Positions 9,580 to 17,651 of a stretch of 64,000 nucleotides of DNA are shown here, piece by piece. The number at the start of each line of letters is the position of its first letter. The stretch's first letter is position 1. The stretch is taken from NCBI GenBank assembly GCA_027293415.1, contig JAPUFX010000102.1, forward strand, positions 4,803-68,802, given 5' to 3'. A program made the translations under genes and the position numbers. The notes under the pieces are model-generated. The model had not been told where the DNA came from. It did no database searches and worked only from the letters and a program-made list of their open reading frames with translations. This DNA comes from Candidatus Methylomirabilota bacterium (GTDB lineage: Bacteria; Methylomirabilota; Methylomirabilia; Methylomirabilales; CSP1-5).

Positions 9580-10185
9580 ATGCGCCAGATGATCCTTGAT
9601 GCCTTTCAACATCCGTTTCGGGACCCCCAAGCGGTTCGGAAGCTTCTCCTCGGTGCCGCCCTCAATATCCTACCGGTAGTAAACCTGTTGGCCCTTGGAT
9701 ATACGTTACGACTGCTCGAGCAGGTGCTCGGAGGAGAGGAGCAGCGCCTTCCCGAGTGGACGGGCCTCGGCGATCTATTCATCCGAGGGGTGAAAGTCTT
9801 ACTTGTCGGTTCTGTCTACATGGCCTTTCCCCTGCTGCTCCTGGCTGCGGGGGCAGGTTCTTTCCTCTTCTCGATCGCCGCACTCCTCTCTGGGACGTTC
9901 GAGCCGATGGCCCAGGTACATCTCGCCCGGACGGGCCAGATTTGGCCGGCCTTTGCCCTCCCGCAGATCTGGGCTGAGATCCAGTTGGTCTTGCGTGACT
10001 ACCTGGGCGCGCTCGCCATCTGGTACGGGGTCTTCTTTCTCATCGCCCTCGTCCTGTCCGGGACGGCACCTCCTCTGCTTTGGATCCTCGGCTCCTTCCT
10101 CGGCTTCTACCTGTATCTCTTCTTTGCTTCTTTGTTCGGACGCGCCTGTTCTCGGACCCGCATCGTTGGCTACCATCCCTCCTGA
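9580..10185 (+). CDS. DUF4013-like polytopic membrane protein
   Basis: N-terminal FQHPFRDP....KLLLGAALNILPVVNLLALGY..R resembles DUF4013. It is followed by several TM segments. Confidence 0.6.
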   Translation: MRQMILDAFQHPFRDPQAVRKLLLGAALNILPVVNLLALGYTLRLLEQVLGGEEQRLPEWTGLGDLFIRGVKVLLVGSVYMAFPLLLLAAGAGSFLFSIAALLSGTFEPMAQVHLARTGQIWPAFALPQIWAEIQLVLRDYLGALAIWYGVFFLIALVLSGTAPPLLWILGSFLGFYLYLFFASLFGRACSRTRIVGYHPS

Positions 10186-10313
10186 GTCTGTTGTTCCTGC
10201 CCGCGGTTTTCAATCAGAACATCTACCCTGTATCCTCCCACACTCTTCCCACGAATCATCCGGCCACCGCTCATCAACCAGGCCAATCTTCGCCCGCGAT
10301 CCGTGAAGTGGGC

Positions 10314-10342
10314 TTGTAAGCAGGGGAAGGCGTGTGTAGAAT
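10314..10342 (+). promoter_or_regulatory. Orphan sigma-70-type promoter in noncoding DNA
   Basis: TTGTAA, 17 nt, TAGAAT. No credible ORF lies downstream. A transcript from it would run toward and antisense to tRNA-Leu. Confidence 0.35.
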
Positions 10343-10590
10343 ATCGCACGACCTGTGGCATGGGTGGAACGGCAGATGATTCAAGGAGGGGTTGAACAGC
10401 GGCCCGCGATGCCGATTTCCTGAACCAAGAGCGCCCCCTTTCTTGACTGGTGTCGGTTTGCACATTAAAGGGGATATTCTTGAGGGAGAAACGGGCGATA
10501 CGTTTGCTGACTGTTGGAAATTTTGGTGAGAATGGGTAGGCCGGAAGGCCCGATCTAGCGGGAGGCAGCGTAGAAAGGCCGCTTCACGAT

Positions 10591-10677
10591 TGGTGCCGAA
10601 GGGGGGACTCGAACCCCCACGGGCTGACGCCCACATGGCCCTGAACCATGCGCGTCTACCAATTCCGCCACTTCGGC
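10591..10677 (-). tRNA. tRNA-Leu (anticodon CAG), 87 nt with long variable arm and encoded CCA
   Basis: The reverse complement reads GCCGAAGTGGCGGAATTGGTAGACGCGCATGGTTCAGGGCCATGTGGGCGTCAGCCCGTGGGGGTTCGAGTCCCCCCTTCGGCACCA. This gives a 7-bp acceptor stem, an anticodon loop TTCAGGG, and a GTTCGAGTC T-loop. Confidence 0.93.
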
Positions 10678-10687
10678 AACCAGTTTC

Positions 10688-10716
10688 TTTCTAAAGAAGC
10701 TGGAGGGAAAAGTCAA
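10688..10716 (-). promoter_or_regulatory. Sigma-70-type promoter for tRNA-Leu
   Basis: On the minus strand: TTGACT, 17 nt, TAGAAA. The -10 ends about 10 nt upstream of the mature tRNA 5' end. Confidence 0.5.
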
Positions 10717-10793
10717 CGAGAAAGTTGGCAAAAGTGAGGGCTCGGGGAGTGGGCCTTGGCCGGCGGAACATTTTCTACGGGGTGCGTTGGCGC

Positions 10794-11162
10794 GGCCAAC
10801 GGGTCCTGTCGCCTGTAGGCTCACCGGCTCGGGAGAGCATCCTTCGTCGGCGGAAAATTCCAGGGGGTGCCTGGGTGGAAGTCCTGTATTACGCGCCGAG
10901 TGGATTGTGAGGCATTAGGACGGCCATCCCCCACCTCCGCTTTGCTCCGGAGGGCGGGACCCCCTGGCCGAACGCAAACCAGGTTCCGCCTTCCTCAGGA
11001 TTTCCTCCCCTCGCCGGCTCGCAAGTCGTGCCAACGGGTGGCGCCGGGCGGGCGCCCAGCCGCCCGCAGGAGAATTTCGCCACCGACAGCTCTTTTCCGA
11101 ATGAAATGGAGCGTTAATTCTCCGAGGACGGCTGGGCTGCCAGGCGACAGGACCCGTTGGCC
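10794..11162 (+). repeat. Perfect 22-bp inverted repeat enclosing 325 nt of GC-rich noncoding sequence (candidate structured RNA, leader, or MITE-like element)
   Basis: ggccaacgggtcctgtcgcctg (10794-10815) is the exact reverse complement of caggcgacaggacccgttggcc (11141-11162). Pairing continues inward with G-U pairs that work only on the plus strand. No credible ORF lies inside. Confidence 0.6.
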
Positions 11163-11199
11163 GTCGGAGGTCAGGACACGGCGATCTTAGGAGGCCATC

Positions 11200-11598
11200 A
11201 TGGAACTCGTGGATGATCAGCATTGTTTCGTCTGTGGCAAGAAGAATGCTGCCGGACTTCAACTCGACTTCGAGCTCGTGGGGGAGGCAGAGGTGCAAAC
11301 CAGCTTTCTCCCGACAAAACAGTTTCAAGGGTTCAAGGACATTGTCCACGGGGGTATCATCGCCGCCATCCTCGATGAAGTGATGGTGAACGGAGTATGG
11401 CTTCGGGGGATCAGGGCCGTGACTGGAAAGTTGGAGGTTCGCCTCAAAAGCCCTGCAAGGGTGGGGGAACGTCTGCATTTTACCGGGAGGATTCTCCGAG
11501 ACACGGGCAAGACCGTGGAGATGGAAAGTTACGCTGCCACCTCCGGAGGGGCCATCGTCGCTGAGGCATCGGGGCTTCTCGTGAAGGTAGGCAGTTGA
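11200..11598 (+). CDS. PaaI-family hotdog-fold thioesterase
   Basis: 132 aa. Contains CFVCG..N..GL.L.F and HGG..A..LDE. The RBS is taggagg, 6 nt upstream of the start. Confidence 0.8.
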   Translation: MELVDDQHCFVCGKKNAAGLQLDFELVGEAEVQTSFLPTKQFQGFKDIVHGGIIAAILDEVMVNGVWLRGIRAVTGKLEVRLKSPARVGERLHFTGRILRDTGKTVEMESYAATSGGAIVAEASGLLVKVGS

Positions 11599-12407
11599 AG
11601 ATCATCACTCTTCTGACCGATTTCGGGAGTGCCGATCCCTTCGTCGGGATCATGAAAGGGGTAATCCTCGGGATCAACCCGCGGGTGGAAATCGTCGATC
11701 TGTGCCATGGGGTATCCCCGCAGGATGTCCTGGAAGCTGCCTTTCTCCTCCACTGTTCGTACCGGTATTTTCCCAGGGGGACCATTCATGTGATAGTGGT
11801 CGATCCGGGTGTGGGAGGCCCACGGAAGTCCCTCCTGGCCGAGGGGGTTCATGGATACTACATTGCCCCGGACAACGGGGTCTTGAGTTATCTCTTCGCA
11901 TCGGGTGAAATTCAACGGGTCGTGGAAATCACGGCGGAAGGATATTTCCTCCATCCCGTGAGTCAGACGTTTCACGGGCGAGATATCTTCGCACCGGTGG
12001 CGGCGCATCTTTCGGGTGGGGAGACACTCGACCGCTTTGGCAGACCTACCACCACCTACGTGCGCCTGGTGCTCCCCACACCCGAGAAAAAAAGGGAAGG
12101 ACACCTTGTTGGATCCGTGCTTCATGTGGACCGGTTCGGGAATCTGGTGACCAATATCTCCACCTCCGATATTTCGGGATTTCGTGAATTCAGGGTTTCG
12201 GTCAAGAACAGGAAAATTCACGGGCTTGTGGAGAGCTATGAATCTCTGACGGCGGGAGAAATAGGCACCATCCTGGGTAGTGCCGGCTATTTGGAGATCT
12301 TTACGAACCGCGGCAGTGCCGCGCGTGTCCTGAAGGCGGGACGGGGGGCAACCGTTCGCGTGGTGCCGGAGAGAAAGGCGAGAGGGAAGGGCAGGATCTC
12401 GGGCTGA
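11595..12407 (+). CDS. SAM hydrolase / SAM hydroxide adenosyltransferase family protein (DUF62)
   Basis: The N-terminal ITLLTDFGSADPFVGIMKGVI is diagnostic for DUF62. It overlaps the thioesterase gene by 4 nt. Confidence 0.85.
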   Translation: MKIITLLTDFGSADPFVGIMKGVILGINPRVEIVDLCHGVSPQDVLEAAFLLHCSYRYFPRGTIHVIVVDPGVGGPRKSLLAEGVHGYYIAPDNGVLSYLFASGEIQRVVEITAEGYFLHPVSQTFHGRDIFAPVAAHLSGGETLDRFGRPTTTYVRLVLPTPEKKREGHLVGSVLHVDRFGNLVTNISTSDISGFREFRVSVKNRKIHGLVESYESLTAGEIGTILGSAGYLEIFTNRGSAARVLKAGRGATVRVVPERKARGKGRISG

Positions 12408-12858
12408 TTGAGCCGCGTGGGCATTACGTACACGATGCCTCCTCAGCGCTGGGGGCGAATAAACCAGACCAGCTTTTGTAGTCAACGCATTAACCGGGAT
12501 GGCATAGCTCGAGCCGATAGGGGGTTACCTCAGCAACATAACTTGCAGGAATCACTGAAAAAATTTCGTGAAATGCAAGGTCAAAAGATTTACGAACTGC
12601 TCACGAGTCTCAGGAATGGCAACAAGGGCATCAAACAGGTAGTTCGAACCTCGTAGAGAAGAAAAAGCGTGATGCACGCAAGCCCCTGTCGAAGAGAAAG
12701 GGTGAATACATTGCCACGCCGAAAACCCTCGAAGTGAGCCAATCCACTCGATTTCCCTCCTCGATGTGACCCCCCCTACATGGCATAGTTTGTGCAAGCG
12801 TGGAGCGTGGAAGTGTGCCCAATAGTGCCAATGCGGTAATCGATTTCTGTTCCAAGCG

Positions 12859-14973
12859 GTGGAGAGACGAGTGAAGCATCTCAAGAAGATCGGTCTGCTG
12901 CTCTTTCTCTTGGTGATGATCCCGGGATGGGGGGAGACAGCAGGTCTCGATGACGTGCGAGAAGCCGTAGCGCTCTGGGACCGCGTTTTTGTGAGGCTTC
13001 CGGCCCTTGAGCAGTACATTCAAGAGGGGAAGCCGCTGGAGGGCTCGAACCTCGAAGTAGTCGGGGCGGCCCTCACATCAGTGAGCCGAGAGGAGGTCTC
13101 GAATCCCTTTCTCCCCCTGGCCAGGGGAGTTCTGACGGCCCTAAACCGAGGACCGTTCGAGGCGGCAGCCGCCGAGGCCTCCGCCAAGGCAGGAGACCGG
13201 GTGGCGGTCCGATGGCTGCTCTACCGGACGTATCTCCGCCTGGGAGAATGGGAGGCGGCAGATCACGAGCTCCGACAGATCCGAGAAATTCGAGACCGGT
13301 TGGGTCTCGACCGCATCGCCTATATCGGGTGGGACTTGGTCCGTATGGCCGAAGGATACGCTGCTCACGGGGATCGTCAAGGGGCGGAGGATGCTTTAGC
13401 TTTGGCTGGGGAGTTCGCCCCCGACGACCCTCGGGTTTTGTTTGCCAGGGCCCGGATCTTTCTCCCTCGGGGTTCCCTGGGAGCACTTCGCTCCCTGATG
13501 AAAGGTTGGTGGATCAGTCTTACCTCGCCCTTTTATGGCCCGAGCCGTTGGACGAATATTCTCGCTTCATTCCTGCTCGCGATCCCCTTGGGCCTCCTGT
13601 TCGTGGGACTCTTGCTCATCCTGCGCGTTACTCCTCTATTCAAACACGACCTTGCCGAATGGACGCGACAAAAATACTCTCCTGCTACGCTGGCGGTCCT
13701 CCCCATCGCACTATACCTGCTCCCCATCATCTTCGGGCTAGGGTTCCTCCCGGCCGTATTACTCTGTCTGTTACCGCTCGGGATCTATATGACGGGTCGA
13801 GAACGTCTGCTCGTGGGTGCTTTGGTCCTTTCCCTTTTGCTTCTTCCAGGAGGATACCAGTTTCTCGCAACCATGCTCACGAGCACTTCCTCTCCCCGAT
13901 TCGAAGCCCTCCTGCAGGTGGAGGAAGGGAATCAAGGAGGGGGGACCGAGGCCGCGCTCCGTCAGTGGGCGGAAGAGGCCCCTCATGATCTCCTCCCCCG
14001 GTTTTATCTGGGGAGGGTGCATCGTACCCGAGGGAAGCTGAAGCAGGCGGGCAAGAGTTACGCCGATGCCCAGGCGCTGGCACCACATGAAGCGGCGATC
14101 TGGAACAATCGAGGGAATCTGGCCTATCTGGCGGGGGACCTGCCTCAAGCGCAGTCGGCCTATCAAAAAGCCATCGGCTTGAGTCCTACCCTTCCGCAAC
14201 CGCACTTCAACCTAAGCCAGGTATTGACAGAACAGCTCCTCTTGGATCAGGCACAACAGGAGTATGCTCAGGCGATGCGGGAAATGCCGAGCCTGGGGGA
14301 TCGCCTGCAACAGGTCGAAGCAGAAGAGAGGAAATTCGTCGCCGTAGACGCGCCGCTACCGGTAGAACAGGTCTGGCGCCAGCTTCTCTTTCTCGATAGT
14401 CCGTCCCCGGAGATGGCAGAGTTCCTCTGGGGCGAAAGGTTTTTGGGAGTTCCTTTGGCCACGCTTCCCTGGGTGGTCGGAGGATATCTCTTGGCGTTCG
14501 GAGTAGCCTTCTGGCTCCGGAAGCAACGAAGGTTTGCCCGGGCCTGCCAGGAATGCGGAAAGGCTTTCTGTCCTCGCTGTCAGCGAGTGTTAGGTGAGGT
14601 GCGGCTCTGCACCCGCTGTGGAATCATCGAGAGGGCACGGGCGGGGGACTCGACTCGCGGGGTTAAGAATCTTCCTACAGAAGCGCCCTATCGGGAACCG
14701 AGATGGGTCGGGCCAGCTCTTGCGCTCATCCCAGGAATGGAGGGGATGTACCGAGGAAGGACTGTTTGGGGTTTTCTCTTGCTCGCCACCACTCTCGTAG
14801 TGGTCTCCCCACTCCTACGACAGGTCCTGACCCCCGGAACGTATCTGACCGGAAATCCCTTGCCCTACACCGTACCCGCAAGCCTGTTCATGCTCATATG
14901 CCTGTACCTCTTAGCCGCCGCAACCTACACCAGGAGCCGCCGTAGGCGGCTGGGGAACGTCCGATGGCACTAG
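12859..14973 (+). CDS. TPR-repeat polytopic membrane protein with an internal zinc-ribbon (CxxC...CxxC)
   Basis: 704 aa. Signal-like N-terminus, TPR-like helical repeats, multiple TM segments, and CQECGKAFCPRCQRVLGEVRLCTRCG. Confidence 0.7.
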   Translation: MERRVKHLKKIGLLLFLLVMIPGWGETAGLDDVREAVALWDRVFVRLPALEQYIQEGKPLEGSNLEVVGAALTSVSREEVSNPFLPLARGVLTALNRGPFEAAAAEASAKAGDRVAVRWLLYRTYLRLGEWEAADHELRQIREIRDRLGLDRIAYIGWDLVRMAEGYAAHGDRQGAEDALALAGEFAPDDPRVLFARARIFLPRGSLGALRSLMKGWWISLTSPFYGPSRWTNILASFLLAIPLGLLFVGLLLILRVTPLFKHDLAEWTRQKYSPATLAVLPIALYLLPIIFGLGFLPAVLLCLLPLGIYMTGRERLLVGALVLSLLLLPGGYQFLATMLTSTSSPRFEALLQVEEGNQGGGTEAALRQWAEEAPHDLLPRFYLGRVHRTRGKLKQAGKSYADAQALAPHEAAIWNNRGNLAYLAGDLPQAQSAYQKAIGLSPTLPQPHFNLSQVLTEQLLLDQAQQEYAQAMREMPSLGDRLQQVEAEERKFVAVDAPLPVEQVWRQLLFLDSPSPEMAEFLWGERFLGVPLATLPWVVGGYLLAFGVAFWLRKQRRFARACQECGKAFCPRCQRVLGEVRLCTRCGIIERARAGDSTRGVKNLPTEAPYREPRWVGPALALIPGMEGMYRGRTVWGFLLLATTLVVVSPLLRQVLTPGTYLTGNPLPYTVPASLFMLICLYLLAAATYTRSRRRRLGNVRWH

Positions 14974-16118
14974 AGGGCACCCTCCAAGACTTTGCCCTGG
15001 TCGATATCCTGCAGCTCGTCGGAATGCAGCGAAAGACCGGGACCCTCACGCTTACCCGGAAAGAGGAGACGATCACCGTCCTGTTGCAGGATGGGATGGT
15101 AGTCTGGGCCTCCCCTGGGGAGGAGGCCTTTGAGAAGACCATGGGCCGGATTCTGGTCCGTCGCGGACAAATCACCTCGCAGCGCTGGGAGGAAGCAAGG
15201 CAGCTCCAAACCCGCAAGGGGCAGCCGCTGATTCCGTTCCTCTTGGCGGGGCAATGGGTTTCCCCTCACGATCTCGAACGGGTAGTGCAGCGGCAGATTC
15301 TCGAAACCCTCTACCGGACTCTGCGGTGGGGAGAAGGGAAGTACACGTTTGTCGCTCAATCACAGATAGACACAAGTCGAGGTCAGGTCCCTCCCGTGGG
15401 GACTGAAACCATCCTTCTCGAGGCGGTCCGACAGATGGACGAATGGCCTCTAGTTGAGCAACGGCTTCCGTCGCCCGATGTGGTGGTTGAGCGCAAGGGC
15501 CGATTGGTCGATCGCGAGAAGGTGGCACCGGAGTCGCTGGAGGTTCTTGAACTGGTGGATGGGACGCGGACCGCCCGTGAGATCGCAGAACTTTGCGACT
15601 TCGGAGAATTTGACACGTATAAAAGCATCACCGATCTGGTTTCAGATGGGGCCCTCGAGCTCGAGCGGCGGGCCGAGACCACCGAAGGGGTCCGCACGCC
15701 GCGGGTGCGTGTACGGATTCCAAGGAGACTCCCCTCGTGGCTGTCTGCGGCTACGCTGGGGGCCGTCACGCTGGCCGCTCTCCTGTTTCAGTTCTCTTTA
15801 GGATACGACCTCTTCTACCTTCGTTCTTCGGACAGGCCCTCTACACAATCTGCAGTGCTGGCATGGAAGCTCAACGTGGCCAGATCCGAGCTTCCTCAGG
15901 CCTTAGACCTCTACCTCCTACTCCGTGGGGCGTACCCGGATAATTTGACACGGCTGCGCGCCGAAGGTCTTCTTTCTGGTGAGCTTCTGGATCCTTGGGG
16001 AAGACCCTGGGTCTATCAGCAACAGGAATCGACCTATCGTTTGATGAGCCCTGGCCCCGATGGCCGGATTGGAACCACCGACGATCTGGACATCTCCTCG
16101 TCCTGGCACCCTGATTGA
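14964..16118 (+). CDS. DUF4388 domain protein with wHTH-like segment, one TM helix and a C-terminal GspG-like (type II secretion pseudopilin) domain
   Basis: N-terminal LEGTLQDFALVDILQLV...KTGTLTL is DUF4388-like. The C-terminal LLDPWGRPWVYQ....YRLMSPGPDGRIGTTDDL matches the GspG C-terminal motif. It overlaps the upstream gene by 10 nt. Confidence 0.7.
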   Translation: MALEGTLQDFALVDILQLVGMQRKTGTLTLTRKEETITVLLQDGMVVWASPGEEAFEKTMGRILVRRGQITSQRWEEARQLQTRKGQPLIPFLLAGQWVSPHDLERVVQRQILETLYRTLRWGEGKYTFVAQSQIDTSRGQVPPVGTETILLEAVRQMDEWPLVEQRLPSPDVVVERKGRLVDREKVAPESLEVLELVDGTRTAREIAELCDFGEFDTYKSITDLVSDGALELERRAETTEGVRTPRVRVRIPRRLPSWLSAATLGAVTLAALLFQFSLGYDLFYLRSSDRPSTQSAVLAWKLNVARSELPQALDLYLLLRGAYPDNLTRLRAEGLLSGELLDPWGRPWVYQQQESTYRLMSPGPDGRIGTTDDLDISSSWHPD

Positions 16119-16181
16119 CACCACCCTGCCCCTGTGCTAGCGTTATAAAGTTTTAAGGAGTTTACGGGGAAGGGGTGTGTC

Positions 16182-17639
16182 TTGGAATACATCCGAACGA
16201 AGGCTCCTGCCCGGGGAGCCTGTGGGACAATCGGGGTTTCTCTCGCCGCCCTCGTTATACTCGTCTATTCCCCCCCTGTTGCTGCCGAACAGCAGTCCCG
16301 GGCCTTGGTAGAACAACTACAGCAGGTATTCGTGGGGGTGGCGGAACGGTTAAAGCCCTCGGTGGTGAACATTAATACCACCCAGAAGGTACAAACCCGT
16401 CGTCGCCCGGAGCCTTACTTCCGCGGCCCCTTCCGGGAGTTCTTCGGAGAAGAGTTCTTCGAGCGATTCTTCAATCTCCCCCGTGAGTTTGAGCGTCGGA
16501 GCTTAGGCTCTGGCGTCATCGTGGATGGCAAGGGTTTCATCCTGACTAACAATCATGTGGTGGAGCGGGCGACCGAGATTCGCGTCACGCTGGTGGATGA
16601 GCGGACCTTTGAAGCCAAAGTGATCGGGACTGATTCCAAGACCGATCTGGCCGTGATCCAGATTGAGGGGGCCAAGGATCTTAAGCCAGCGACCCTCGGG
16701 GATTCCGACAAGATTCGGACCGGTGAGTTTGTAATTGCGATCGGCAATCCCTTCGGATTGAGCCATACAGTGACAATCGGTGTTGTCAGCGCGACTGGGC
16801 GTGCCGGCATGGGGCTTGCGGCCTTTGAGGACTTCATCCAGACCGATGCCTCCATCAATCCAGGTAATAGCGGCGGTCCCTTGTTGAACATCGACGGGGA
16901 AGTGATCGGAATTAACACCGCCATCGTGGCCACTGGGCAAGGGATTGGCTTTGCCATACCAATCAACCTGGCCAAGGAGATCATGGAGCAACTGATCAAG
17001 ACAGGCCAGGTGACCCGGGGATGGCTCGGGGTTGTAATCCAGCCCCTCACTGAGGAGCTTGCTGAGCAGTTTGGGGTTAAGCCGGGGGCGGGTGTCTTGA
17101 TCGCCGACGTGGTGGAAGGAGGACCTGCGGACGAGGCGGGCGCAAAAACCGGGGATGTTGTTGAAATGTTTGCTGGAATGTCAGTTACCGATGTCCGCCA
17201 GCTTCAGCGACTGGTTGCTTCGATCAGACCGGGAAAATCAGTCCAGGTAAAGGTGAAGCGAGGGAAGGAGGATCTTACCCTTACCGTGACCGTAGGGGAG
17301 ATGCCCAGTGAAGAGGTTGCAGCCGTCACCCCCCAATCCATAGAACGATATGGATTTGGGGTGCAGGATCTGACCTCTGAGTTGCGAGAAAGATTCCAGG
17401 TGGAAGAGGGCGGGGTATTGGTCTCCTCGGTGGAGCCGGGGAGTTCCGCCTTCCGACGCGGCTTGCGGCCAGGGGATGTGATCTTGGAGGTCAATCGTCA
17501 ACCGGTCCAGAGCCGCCGAGATCTGTTGGAAATTCTACGAGCATCCCGACCCGATAGTGACTTGCTGTTGTTGACTCAGCGCGGAAAGAGCACTCGCTTT
17601 ATTGTTGTACCTCCGGTGAAGGGTCAACCACCCCCATGA
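16182..17639 (+). CDS. degP: Do/DegP/HtrA family periplasmic serine protease (two PDZ domains)
   Basis: GSGVIVD..GFILTNNHVV, DLAVI, and GNSGGPLLN form the His/Asp/Ser triad context, followed by two PDZ-like regions. Confidence 0.9.
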   Translation: MEYIRTKAPARGACGTIGVSLAALVILVYSPPVAAEQQSRALVEQLQQVFVGVAERLKPSVVNINTTQKVQTRRRPEPYFRGPFREFFGEEFFERFFNLPREFERRSLGSGVIVDGKGFILTNNHVVERATEIRVTLVDERTFEAKVIGTDSKTDLAVIQIEGAKDLKPATLGDSDKIRTGEFVIAIGNPFGLSHTVTIGVVSATGRAGMGLAAFEDFIQTDASINPGNSGGPLLNIDGEVIGINTAIVATGQGIGFAIPINLAKEIMEQLIKTGQVTRGWLGVVIQPLTEELAEQFGVKPGAGVLIADVVEGGPADEAGAKTGDVVEMFAGMSVTDVRQLQRLVASIRPGKSVQVKVKRGKEDLTLTVTVGEMPSEEVAAVTPQSIERYGFGVQDLTSELRERFQVEEGGVLVSSVEPGSSAFRRGLRPGDVILEVNRQPVQSRRDLLEILRASRPDSDLLLLTQRGKSTRFIVVPPVKGQPPP

Positions 17640-17651
17640 TAGGTTCCGAGT

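Noticed and set aside
10794-11162. I tried to read the inverted-repeat-bounded element as RNase P RNA, a cobalamin riboswitch, a c-di-AMP (ydaO) riboswitch, SRP RNA or tmRNA.
   Set aside because: Only scattered short resemblances exist: GGAAGTCCTG versus the P4 GGAAAGTCCGG, GGTGGAAGTCC versus the cobalamin core, and CCGACAGCT versus ydaO. They are in the wrong order or spacing and lack the other invariant blocks. No confident family assignment is possible without a covariance-model search.
10794-11162. A simple MITE or IS-remnant interpretation of the 22-bp terminal inverted repeats.
   Set aside because: This is not excluded, but I see no target-site duplication flanking the repeats and no second copy in this window. 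The inward continuation of pairing with strand-specific G-U pairs fits an RNA structure better. I kept it as an alternative in the finding.
10867-11190. A 107-aa plus-strand ORF inside the structured element.
   Set aside because: It is extremely Arg/Pro/Ser/Thr-rich, has no RBS, and spans both arms of the inverted repeat. It looks like noncoding GC-rich sequence.
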